Assembly (NCBI GenBank): GCA_963668645.2
Contig: CAXXWC010000021.1
Location: 1,056,001-1,120,000 of the forward strand
Reading direction: 5' to 3'
DNA length: 64,000 nucleotides
Source of the DNA: Desulfobacterales bacterium
GTDB lineage: Bacteria > Desulfobacterota > Desulfobacteria > Desulfobacterales > UBA2174
Part shown: one piece after another, positions 42,302 through 50,724 of the stretch
Layout: every line of letters starts with the position of its first letter
How positions within the stretch are numbered: position 1 is the stretch's first letter
Made by a program: the position numbers and the translations under genes
Notes under the pieces: model-generated
The model's database searches: none
What the model was told of the DNA's origin: nothing
The model's input: only the letters and a program-made list of their open reading frames with translations

Positions 42302-43102
42302 TCAGCACACGACGCCCGCCTCGACAAGCTTCCGCAGAAGCTGCTCGGCCTTTTCTTGCCGGCTGCCGGCGATCATCTCCACGGACCGCCGGCTTTCTGC
42401 CGTCTCCATGGTGGTGACGATGGTCGGCGAGCCTTTCAGGCCCAACACGTCCTCAGGGACATTCAAATCGCCGGCCGACCAGATGGTGATCTCTTTTCGG
42501 CGCGCCTTTATGATCCCAGAAAAACTCAGATTCCGCGGCTCATTCATTTTCCGCGCAACGGTCAAGACGGCCGGCAGCGCGACCCGAACGAGACGGTAGC
42601 CGTTTTCGATCTCGGCCTTGACCATCCAGCGGTCACCGCCGGCTTCGACAATCTCGCTGACCATGCTGACCACCGGAACGTTCAAAAACACGGACATCTC
42701 GGGTCCGACCCATTCCGTCGCACCGTCACTGCTCGACATACCGCACAAGACGAGGTCGAAATCACCGCATTTTCCCACCGCAGCGGCCAGGGTTCTGGCC
42801 GTGGCGAAGGCATCAGCCCCGCCAAAGGCGCGGTCCGACAGCAAAATCCCTTGATCCGCGCCTAGTGCCAGGCATTCTTTGACCACCTGACCCGCTGCCG
42901 GCGGTCCCATGCTGATGACCGTGATATGCGCCTCGTGCGCCTCTTTTAGCCGCAGGGCCGCTTCCACCGCATTCCGGTCAAGGGGATTGATCACCAGAGG
43001 GATGTTGCTGCGAATCAGGTTTTTGGTGACAGGATCAATCTTTATTTTGGCGGCCGCTTTCGGATCGGGAACCGCCTTTACACAAACGACAATTCTATGC
43101 AT
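42302..43102 (-). CDS. etfB: Electron transfer flavoprotein beta subunit
   Basis: IVVCVK.VPD, INP.D.NA.EAAL, SMGP, GAD...LLSD..F.GAD..AT, G..SSDG.T..VG, GLKGSPT. Confidence 0.92.
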   Translation of the reverse strand: MHRIVVCVKAVPDPKAAAKIKIDPVTKNLIRSNIPLVINPLDRNAVEAALRLKEAHEAHITVISMGPPAAGQVVKECLALGADQGILLSDRAFGGADAFATARTLAAAVGKCGDFDLVLCGMSSSDGATEWVGPEMSVFLNVPVVSMVSEIVEAGGDRWMVKAEIENGYRLVRVALPAVLTVARKMNEPRNLSFSGIIKARRKEITIWSAGDLNVPEDVLGLKGSPTIVTTMETAESRRSVEMIAGSRQEKAEQLLRKLVEAGVVC

Positions 43103-43194
43103 CCACTTTCCCTCTGCCGCTTTGAAGCACCGAAGAATCCACGGCCCGAGACCGTGTCTTCTCCGGTGCTTGCCGGTTTCCGTGTAAGGTCGCT

Positions 43195-44331
43195 TCAGGC
43201 CATGGCCCAGCGGGCCACAATGACTTTCATGATATCCGAGGTCCCGGCCGATGGCCCCAGGACAAAGGAGTCTCGCAGATAACGGGTAATGGCAAACTCG
43301 TTCATGCAGCCGTAGCCGCCGTGGATATCGGCCGCCATCTTGGCGGCCTTTTGCGCAGTTTCAGTGGTAAAATATTTGGCCACGGCGAACTCGTTAGACG
43401 ACCGCTCGCCTTTGTCCTGCAAAGCGGCTGCACGGTATGCCAACAGCCGACCGGCCTCCAGGTCGATTTTCATCTCGGCGATCTTGTTCTGAATGGTTTG
43501 CAGCTTGGCGATCGGCTTGCCATAAAGGACCCGCTCGGACGCAAACTTGATAGCCGCCTCCAGGCAGGCCGTGTGCAGGCCCAGGGCACATCCGACCATC
43601 CCGCCGCGGCCCACGTCGCCGATGGCGCTCATGGTCACCCGCAGCCCCTTTCCCTCGCCGCCGAGCACGCAGTCCTTCGAAACCCGGCAGTTTTCAAGGC
43701 TCAATTCGCCCGTATTGCAGCCGCGCATCCCGACCTTGTGCTCTTCGTGGGTCGCCTTGAACCCGTCCATCCCTTTTTCCAGAATAAACGCCGTAAACGC
43801 CTTCGGATCGTCGGCATCCTTGGCAAGCACAGTAATGGTGTCGGCAATGTGGGCGTTGGTAATGAAGCACTTGCGGCCGTTGAGAATGTAATCGCTGCCA
43901 TCCTTCTGATAGGTCGTACGGCCGCCGCCAGGATCCGACCCGCCAGTCGGTTCGGTCACACCAACGGTTGCCAGCCGCTCGCCCTTGGCCAGACCAGGTA
44001 GATATTTTTGCTTCTGCACATCGGTGCCGAATTCGACGATGGGCCGGATGCCCAGGGCAAAAACCTGGAGCATCATGGCCGTGGCGACCGAAACCCTGGC
44101 AATCTCCTCCAGCGCGATCATGCGGGCCGTATAGCCCAGACCGAGCCCGCCGTATTGCTCGGGAATAGTCAGCGCCATCATCTCTGCTTCGGCCAGGGCT
44201 TTGACCACGGCCGGGCAGACTTTCCCGGTCTGCTCCATTTCTGCCACATGCGGCGCAATCTGAGTCTCGGCAACCTCTCTGGCCGACTTGCGAAACAGCT
44301 CTTGTTCTTCGGTAAGCGTAAAATCGATCAT
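43195..44331 (-). CDS. Acyl-CoA dehydrogenase family protein (non-canonical active site)
   Basis: IPEQYGGLG, EEIAR, TEP.GGSD, LNG.K.FITN, K.GMRG..T.EL, R..YGKPI, IHGGYG, RD........GT. Confidence 0.92.
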   Translation of the reverse strand: MIDFTLTEEQELFRKSAREVAETQIAPHVAEMEQTGKVCPAVVKALAEAEMMALTIPEQYGGLGLGYTARMIALEEIARVSVATAMMLQVFALGIRPIVEFGTDVQKQKYLPGLAKGERLATVGVTEPTGGSDPGGGRTTYQKDGSDYILNGRKCFITNAHIADTITVLAKDADDPKAFTAFILEKGMDGFKATHEEHKVGMRGCNTGELSLENCRVSKDCVLGGEGKGLRVTMSAIGDVGRGGMVGCALGLHTACLEAAIKFASERVLYGKPIAKLQTIQNKIAEMKIDLEAGRLLAYRAAALQDKGERSSNEFAVAKYFTTETAQKAAKMAADIHGGYGCMNEFAITRYLRDSFVLGPSAGTSDIMKVIVARWAMA

Positions 44332-44438
44332 GCTCGTTTTTCCTCCCTTGTTCTCAGTAGTTAACCAATGCGGTGAAAGACGCTGACCGGACGCCGAAAG
44401 CGGGTTCCGGCCCGCGCAATATGGCGAATCTATTTTAG

Positions 44439-45020
44439 TTAAAGTTCGTCGATGTACCGAATCAGGGCGTTGATTGAATTATCTAAACTTGATGATGATT
44501 TATCGGTGCCGTAGATAAGGGAGGCGCCCAGCATACCGGAAAAGATGATCTCGGCGATGCTAGAGGTGTCGGCCTTTTCATCTATGCTTCCGAATTCAAT
44601 GGCCTGATCCAGCAGCCGTTTGATCATGCCTTTTAGACCGATAAAACCGCGGTACAATTCTTTTGACAAATTAGGCGATTGGTCGGCAAGCTCTACAGAC
44701 AGCGTAATAAAAATGCACCCTCCCGGAAAATTGGTCGAATCTTTCAGGTATCGGTCCCTGTAATTGACGAGCAACCTTTTGATCTTTTCCAACGGATCAA
44801 GTGTGCTATGAAAACCGTCAAGGCTTTTCTGGCGCCAAATTCTCCTGGCTTCCGTCAAAACCGCATAAAATAAGTCTTGTTTGCTCCGGAAGTGATTATA
44901 AAATCCTCCCTTCGAAGTGCCCGCCGCATGAAGAATGTCCAGCAGGGAAGTACTGAAAAAACCCTTGAGAGAAAAAAGCCTTAAAGACTCGTGGATGATT
45001 TTTTCCTTTAGCATCATCAT
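44439..45020 (-). CDS. TetR-family regulator (NemR/LmrA-like)
   Basis: KII..S..LF..KGF..TS..DI..AAG.SKG.FY.HF.SK..L; C-terminal GGC.F. Confidence 0.9.
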   Translation of the reverse strand: MMMLKEKIIHESLRLFSLKGFFSTSLLDILHAAGTSKGGFYNHFRSKQDLFYAVLTEARRIWRQKSLDGFHSTLDPLEKIKRLLVNYRDRYLKDSTNFPGGCIFITLSVELADQSPNLSKELYRGFIGLKGMIKRLLDQAIEFGSIDEKADTSSIAEIIFSGMLGASLIYGTDKSSSSLDNSINALIRYIDEL

Positions 45021-45157
45021 CGTTAACCCTGCCGTCTCCGAACAGAGGCCCTGCCGTTACTATCCGGTTCCATACCGATTCGCCAAATAAGATTTTTCCG
45101 GGAGATCAATGGTCGCCCATTGACCTCCCGGTTTTCTAACCGTTGCGCTTGCGCGGA

Positions 45158-45643
45158 CTATTGAAGGACTTTGAGCCCGGGCAGTTCTGCGTATTTCCGG
45201 CGAAGTGTTTTGATGGCCCTTGGGCTGGTATCGAATCGGCCTTCCTTCCAGGCGATGAGCTGCAAAACGACCCCGAATCCGCTTTTCGGGCCCACCAGGG
45301 CTTCGGGAAAATCCCCGTCCTGCAGGTGCCCTCTATCCACCCGCACCCCTTTCGATTCCAGGTTTGCGACATAGCCCTCGATATCTTCGATATCAAGTCC
45401 GATATGCTGAACGCCGTAGCCCTGCTTTTCGATGATTTTGGCGACGAAACTACTCTCATCGGTGGCTTCAAGAAAGCTCAGAATGCTGTCGCCGAACACA
45501 ACGCAGGCGCCCTTATAGCATTCCTGTGTGTTTTCGAATTTGATGACGCACTCCCCGCCCAATACGTCAACGGCGTGCGCCACTGCCGCTTCCATGTCCT
45601 TTACGGTAAATGCTACGTGATTGACTCCCAGCACTTTTGCCAT
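45158..45643 (-). CDS. VOC/glyoxalase-family protein (methylmalonyl-CoA epimerase-like fold)
   Basis: NHVAFTV.D.E.AV, S.VAK.IEK.G.GV.HI.L...DI, PK..FGV..QL. Confidence 0.82.
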   Translation of the reverse strand: MAKVLGVNHVAFTVKDMEAAVAHAVDVLGGECVIKFENTQECYKGACVVFGDSILSFLEATDESSFVAKIIEKQGYGVQHIGLDIEDIEGYVANLESKGVRVDRGHLQDGDFPEALVGPKSGFGVVLQLIAWKEGRFDTSPRAIKTLRRKYAELPGLKVLQ

Positions 45644-45718
45644 TTTTTCCTCCGTTCCTTTTCAAATTCAGGTAATGAAGTCGCCCCACCGGCCTTGCCG
45701 GCATCCTGGAGCGAACAG

Positions 45719-46342
45719 TTAATTATTCCCGGTTACGGCCAATCCGATATCAAAGGCTTTCAGGTTCATGTCCACCTTACCAGCCGGGAAGGTTCTCCTT
45801 ACGATTTGTTCAAAGTCCGCCCTGAACAGGGGCAGTTCCCCGAGACCGGCCAGGGCTCCGATCAAAATGATGTTGGCAAGGATCGGGCTGCCCAGCGCAA
45901 CGGCTTGCTCAGAGGCATCAATGAACCAGTTTTTTGCACTGACGGTCGCCATCGCGGCTTTCATCTCTTCGAGGCTCGGATACTCCAACTCTCCGGAGTT
46001 GACACCCGTCGGGTAATTGGGGCGCGTGTTGGTCAGCACCTTCACCTGTGGATTGCCGTAGTTCTTCAGCACCCTGAACGCTTCGATCGGTTCGAGTGAG
46101 ACCACCACGTCGGCGATCCCTTTGGGCATCTGCGGACTCAACACCCTGCTTGATGAAACCCGCACATGGCTCATAACAGATCCACCACGCTGGGATGCGC
46201 CGAAGGTCTCGCCGATGGTTACCTGGAATCCCTGGGCGACGAGCATGTTGCCCAGGATGCGCGAGCCCATTACGTTTCCCTGCCCGCCGACGCCTGTGAC
46301 GATAATGTTGTACGGATCCTTTAGAACCTCAACCGGGCTCAT
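45719..46342 (-). CDS. iorB: Indolepyruvate(2-oxoacid):ferredoxin oxidoreductase beta subunit
   Basis: IIVTGVGGQG, ETFG.SQRGGSV.SHVR, G.AD....EP.EA.R, LG.....NII..GA, N..AF..G; TAATG overlap with iorA. Confidence 0.9.
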   Translation of the reverse strand: MSPVEVLKDPYNIIVTGVGGQGNVMGSRILGNMLVAQGFQVTIGETFGASQRGGSVMSHVRVSSSRVLSPQMPKGIADVVVSLEPIEAFRVLKNYGNPQVKVLTNTRPNYPTGVNSGELEYPSLEEMKAAMATVSAKNWFIDASEQAVALGSPILANIILIGALAGLGELPLFRADFEQIVRRTFPAGKVDMNLKAFDIGLAVTGNN

Positions 46343-48285
46343 TACATCACCTCCGTTTTCTGAATGGCGCCCTGGGGACAGATCTGGGTACATACACCGC
46401 ATCCGGCACAGAGCACTTCGTCGATTTTAGGCTTTTTGGCGTCCCGGTCCCAGATGATCCCCGGGCATAGAAAAGTCCTTGAACAGAGCCGGTTACACCC
46501 GCAATTTTCCCCGAGGCACAGGTCTTCGTCGATATGGACCGCGTATTTCTTCTTGTTGCGTTTTTGAGGACTCAGGGCACAGGCCTGCCTGAGGATCAGG
46601 ACCTTTACCCCCTTTGTATCGGAGACGAACTCGAGCAATTTCTCCTGGGCGCGCTCCATATCGAAGGGGTCTTCCACCGCAACCGTCGCCCCGATCGCCT
46701 CGCAGACCTTCTCGATCTCGATCCAAGGTGCACTTTCTCCCATGGCATTGTAATCGGATCCCGGATGGGACTGGAATCCGGTCATGGCTGTGCCACGGTT
46801 GTCCAAAACGACCAGGGTCATGTCCGAATCGTTGTGGACCGCATTGATCAGCGGGGGAATGACAGAATGGAAAAAGGTGGAATCTCCGCAGATGGCAATT
46901 GCCGGCTGGTCCATTCCGAATCTGGATAGCTTGCCGAACCCACTGGCAAGCCCGGCCCCTGAGCCCATGGCGTGGAAGGTTTTGCTTGTGAAGTAACCAC
47001 AGGCATGACGCCCGAGGGCGTAACAGCCGATATCACCGCAGACAAACCCTTTCCGATTGTCCAGCAAGGTGGTGTTATGCAGCATCCAAAAAGATGCCCT
47101 ATGCGGACAACCGGGGCAAAAGGTCACTCCTCGGTCAGGAATACTGACCATTGCGGTTGATTTGAATTTATCCGAGTATCCCGACTCAACCCCAGGACTG
47201 AAGGTCAGATTCAGAACCCGGCAGATCGCCTCGGCGACAATGTCGACATTCATTTCACCCACTGGCGGCAGCGTCCCGTCATTCTTGCCGAAAAATTTTT
47301 TACCTCCGATCTCTTCGAGCTTTTCAGAGGCGAAACTTTTTACGTTCTCCTCCATGAAAGGCAGGACCTCTTCGACGATCATGACTTTTTCCGTCTTTTT
47401 CAAATACTTGACCAAAATCTTAGGCGGAAGGGGCCAAGTGGTGCCGAGCTTCAGGACGCCGACCTTATCCGATGCCCCGATTAGTGAGACCGCCTCTTTG
47501 CTGTAAAGATTGCAGGCGCTGCTCGTAATGATCAGCAATTCAGGGTCCTGCGGACCTTCATAGGTGTTAAACGGGCATTCATCGAACAGCTTTGCCGCTT
47601 GCTGCAGTTTTCGTTGCTGGCGCGGGTGCGTCGTCTTGATCGGCTGAGTAATCACCGGATGAGTGTCAAGATCGTTCTCGGGCCCATCGTAGACATAGCA
47701 AGCCTTAGGATCCGGAGTCGGAGGCAGGGCGCCGAGTTTGACGATTCCGCTCGCATGGGAAATTCGTGTAACGGACCTTACCATCACCACATTCTTAATT
47801 TCTTCCGAAAGCTCGAAAGCCCACTTGGTCATTTCCTTTGCTTCCTGAAAATCACCAGGCTCCAGCAGCGGGAACTCGAACATTTTTGAATAATGCCGTG
47901 ACGGTCCTTCGTTGTTGCTGGACAGGGCTCCAGGATCATCGCAGGAAATCAGCACCATCCCCCCCCTGGTGCCCGACAGTGACATATGAAGCAAAAAATC
48001 CGAAGCAACATTGACGCCGACCTGCTTCATGGCGCACAACGCCCTGAGGTTGCTGAACGAGGCGGCCGCCGCACTTTCCAGGGCGACCTTCTCGTTTGTC
48101 GACCATTCCACATAAATATTTCTTTCCCCAGCAACTTTTGCAAGCTGCTCAATCACCTCCGAAGAAGGCGTACCGGGATAGCCGGAGGCGTAATTCACCC
48201 CGGCTTCCAGCGCCCCTCGGACGATGGCGTCGTTGCCCATTAAAAAATGTTGGGCACCGCCTGTGTTATCTAGTAGAATCGACAT
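46342..48285 (-). CDS. iorA: Indolepyruvate(2-oxoacid):ferredoxin oxidoreductase alpha subunit
   Basis: LMGN.AI.RGA.EAG....GYPGTPSSE, EWS.NEKVALE, MK.VG.NVA.D, CPGCPHR, DIGCY, GDSTFFHS (TPP), DN..TAMTG.Q, C-terminal ferredoxin CAGCGVC.QICP. Confidence 0.93.
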   Translation of the reverse strand: MSILLDNTGGAQHFLMGNDAIVRGALEAGVNYASGYPGTPSSEVIEQLAKVAGERNIYVEWSTNEKVALESAAAASFSNLRALCAMKQVGVNVASDFLLHMSLSGTRGGMVLISCDDPGALSSNNEGPSRHYSKMFEFPLLEPGDFQEAKEMTKWAFELSEEIKNVVMVRSVTRISHASGIVKLGALPPTPDPKACYVYDGPENDLDTHPVITQPIKTTHPRQQRKLQQAAKLFDECPFNTYEGPQDPELLIITSSACNLYSKEAVSLIGASDKVGVLKLGTTWPLPPKILVKYLKKTEKVMIVEEVLPFMEENVKSFASEKLEEIGGKKFFGKNDGTLPPVGEMNVDIVAEAICRVLNLTFSPGVESGYSDKFKSTAMVSIPDRGVTFCPGCPHRASFWMLHNTTLLDNRKGFVCGDIGCYALGRHACGYFTSKTFHAMGSGAGLASGFGKLSRFGMDQPAIAICGDSTFFHSVIPPLINAVHNDSDMTLVVLDNRGTAMTGFQSHPGSDYNAMGESAPWIEIEKVCEAIGATVAVEDPFDMERAQEKLLEFVSDTKGVKVLILRQACALSPQKRNKKKYAVHIDEDLCLGENCGCNRLCSRTFLCPGIIWDRDAKKPKIDEVLCAGCGVCTQICPQGAIQKTEVM

Positions 48286-48394
48286 AATTACCTCCAATTC
48301 TTATTCACAAAAGGGCTTTCGTATCCGGCACGGAAAATGGTGCCTTCCATTATCCTTCGACCGTACATGCTATCGCGTCCCCTGGGAATTTTGG

Positions 48395-49543
48395 TCACCG
48401 GGGAATCAGATCGCACAAAACACTGTCTCCGGCATGCAGGTAAACCAGATCCTGTGCATTGCCGCTTTTTGCCACCAAGTTTTTAACCGCTGTTCGTTTC
48501 TTTCCCATGGAGGCACGCTTGAGATTTCCGAGATTATTTTCAGGCACCTCCCTGAATTCAAGGATCTTCCTTTCCCTGGCCAGTGCCATCAGGTTCATAC
48601 CGGCCTCGGTGCGAACGACCACCTGGTTCCAGTTTTTGGCTTCTTGCCACCCTTCCTCAAGTCTGGCTGAGCCAACGGAAATATCGCTGAATTCGGCCGT
48701 CATATCCGCACAATAATCGCATGATTCACGCACACACGATCGGATTTCATCGAGGGAAATCGTTACGTTTTTATCCGCAGTTTGAACTTCAAGGCAGTGG
48801 TATTTGGAGGGTGGAATATCCATAGCGACAATCTGATCTAATTCGACATGTCTCTTAAGAACTTCACACAACTCTTTCCACGAAAAAGCCCACCCGCAGA
48901 ACAGACCGATAACAAGTTTCAATCTGTCGATATTGTTGGTATTCTCACTGAACTTCTTCAACCGCATCTTGGCAAGCGCCGTCGCCTGGCAGGGCGTTGC
49001 AACGACACCTATTTTTTCAACACCGGTTTTGGCCAGCCTATTGAACTGTGCGATCGTCGGGGTCGCCACAAAGCGGCTCTTCGAATAATCGGCAACGTCC
49101 GCAGCACTATCCACCCCGACCCCTTGGGGCAGCAGGGTCGATTTCGTATCCTGGCCCGACATGACGGCCGCGTCGATGAGCTTCTCTTCAATGGCCAGTT
49201 TTACAAGAGCCGTGACCGTACCGCCGTGCTGCGCCTTGGTGCGAATCTCGGGATCTGTCGCACGGGTAACGTAAAAAGCCTTGATCGCGCCGATTTCGGG
49301 GGTTAGATCTTCGGGGGCGAACAGGGCATTGCGCAAAGCGTCGAGGTCGGTATCATACCTCGGGCAGAATTGAAGGCATCGACCGTCTTCTCTGTCACAG
49401 GGAAAAAGGACGACGGTCTTATCCCTGTAGTTTTTCTGATACGGGCACAGATCCACACAGGCGCCGCACCCGGTGCACAATCCATTGGCAACCACGGAGT
49501 TCTGGATCACCATCTGGGCAAAATTTCCTGTTTCTCCACTCAT
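48395..49543 (-). CDS. F420 hydrogenase/dehydrogenase beta-subunit (FrhB) family flavo-FeS protein with N-terminal ferredoxin
   Basis: CTGCGAC..LCP...C...C..FCP, AQ.GG.VTAL, VATPCQ..A, IGLFCGW, C.YC.D.TAEFSDISVGS, W..VV.RT..G. Confidence 0.85.
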   Translation of the reverse strand: MSGETGNFAQMVIQNSVVANGLCTGCGACVDLCPYQKNYRDKTVVLFPCDREDGRCLQFCPRYDTDLDALRNALFAPEDLTPEIGAIKAFYVTRATDPEIRTKAQHGGTVTALVKLAIEEKLIDAAVMSGQDTKSTLLPQGVGVDSAADVADYSKSRFVATPTIAQFNRLAKTGVEKIGVVATPCQATALAKMRLKKFSENTNNIDRLKLVIGLFCGWAFSWKELCEVLKRHVELDQIVAMDIPPSKYHCLEVQTADKNVTISLDEIRSCVRESCDYCADMTAEFSDISVGSARLEEGWQEAKNWNQVVVRTEAGMNLMALARERKILEFREVPENNLGNLKRASMGKKRTAVKNLVAKSGNAQDLVYLHAGDSVLCDLIPR

Positions 49544-49613
49544 CTTTAGACCTTTTCAATATAGAGAATTATTGTTTTCCGCATTACCACTTATAGCGCA
49601 ACCTGCCGGGTAA

Positions 49614-50591
49614 TCAGACATGCTTCAAAGTCTCCGGGTTAACGACGTTTTCCGGCTTTTCACCGGTGAAAAATGCATGGATATTTCGTGAGCATATCAA
49701 CCCGCAGTCTCTTGAAACTTCTAGCGCATATCCGCCCATATGAGGTGTTACAATCACGTTATCGAGCCTGCTCAAAGCGACCTCTGCCCGCGGCGGTTCC
49801 TGGGATAGTACGTCCAAAGCAGCTCCGGCGATCATCTTTTCGCTCATTGCCTTGTATAGATCGTCTTCATTGACGACTCCGCCCCGGGCCATGTTGACCA
49901 AAAAGGCCGTCGGCTTCATCATTTCAATCTGTTTCATTCCAATCAAGTTTTTAGTCTGATCCGATAAGAACACATGAAGGGAGATAAAATCGCTCTGTTT
50001 CAAAATCTCTTCGAGTTCGAGATACTTGATATTGTTCTTCTCGGCAAAATCTTCATCGGGGTAAATATCGTAGCCGACAACCTTCATGCCGAAGGCAAGG
50101 CCCATTTTGGCGATCGTTTTTCCGATTGTACCCATTCCGATAATGCCGAGGGTTTTATCCCTTAACAAGCCCCCCATGACTTTGGGCCATTGCCCCTGGC
50201 GAACCGCTTGTTGGCCATAAGGAATTTGCCGTGCCAAAGATATGAAAAGCCCGAAAGTCAATTCCATGACGGAATATCTATTGGCCCCGGGTGTATTGGT
50301 GACCGGGATGCCTTTGGCCGTCGCCGCGGCAACATCGATGTGATCTACACCGACACCGGGTTGGGTAATAATCTTCAATCCATCGGCCTCTTTGAGAGAG
50401 TTTGCCGATATCCGCATGCCGCCACCGATGACAGCGTCATAGCGCTTGAGTGTTTCAGAGATCTCATCTTCGCTCAGAATCGCTTTCTGAGGGATCATGT
50501 CCACCTGATAACCGCGCGATTGAAGATAGTCCAACCCTTCCTTTGCAAAGTAGCCATACGTCGGCGACATCGACCAGACCTTAATCGTCAT
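49614..50591 (-). CDS. D-isomer-specific 2-hydroxyacid dehydrogenase (SerA-like catalytic core), copy 2
   Basis: G.G.DHID, NTPG.N..SV.E, GIIGMG.IG, YD, N.ARGGVV, LDV..QEP, TPHMGG (catalytic R/E/H). Confidence 0.9.
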   Translation of the reverse strand: MTIKVWSMSPTYGYFAKEGLDYLQSRGYQVDMIPQKAILSEDEISETLKRYDAVIGGGMRISANSLKEADGLKIITQPGVGVDHIDVAAATAKGIPVTNTPGANRYSVMELTFGLFISLARQIPYGQQAVRQGQWPKVMGGLLRDKTLGIIGMGTIGKTIAKMGLAFGMKVVGYDIYPDEDFAEKNNIKYLELEEILKQSDFISLHVFLSDQTKNLIGMKQIEMMKPTAFLVNMARGGVVNEDDLYKAMSEKMIAGAALDVLSQEPPRAEVALSRLDNVIVTPHMGGYALEVSRDCGLICSRNIHAFFTGEKPENVVNPETLKHV

Positions 50592-50724
50592 GCCTAACCT
50601 CCTTGGATTTATGCATGTCACAGTTAAACGATGAGAAATAAATGCAGTTATTTGATAGGATGCTTCCTTTTCTATGCCTTCGTAGAAATAAATGTCTTTC
50701 TCAAGCGGATAGAGTTTAGTCTTT

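Noticed and set aside
42250..42307. Cys-TGA at the etfB end as a possible Cys-Sec motif
   Set aside because: ETF beta subunits normally end here, the read-through peptide is short and featureless, and the SECIS is unconvincing.
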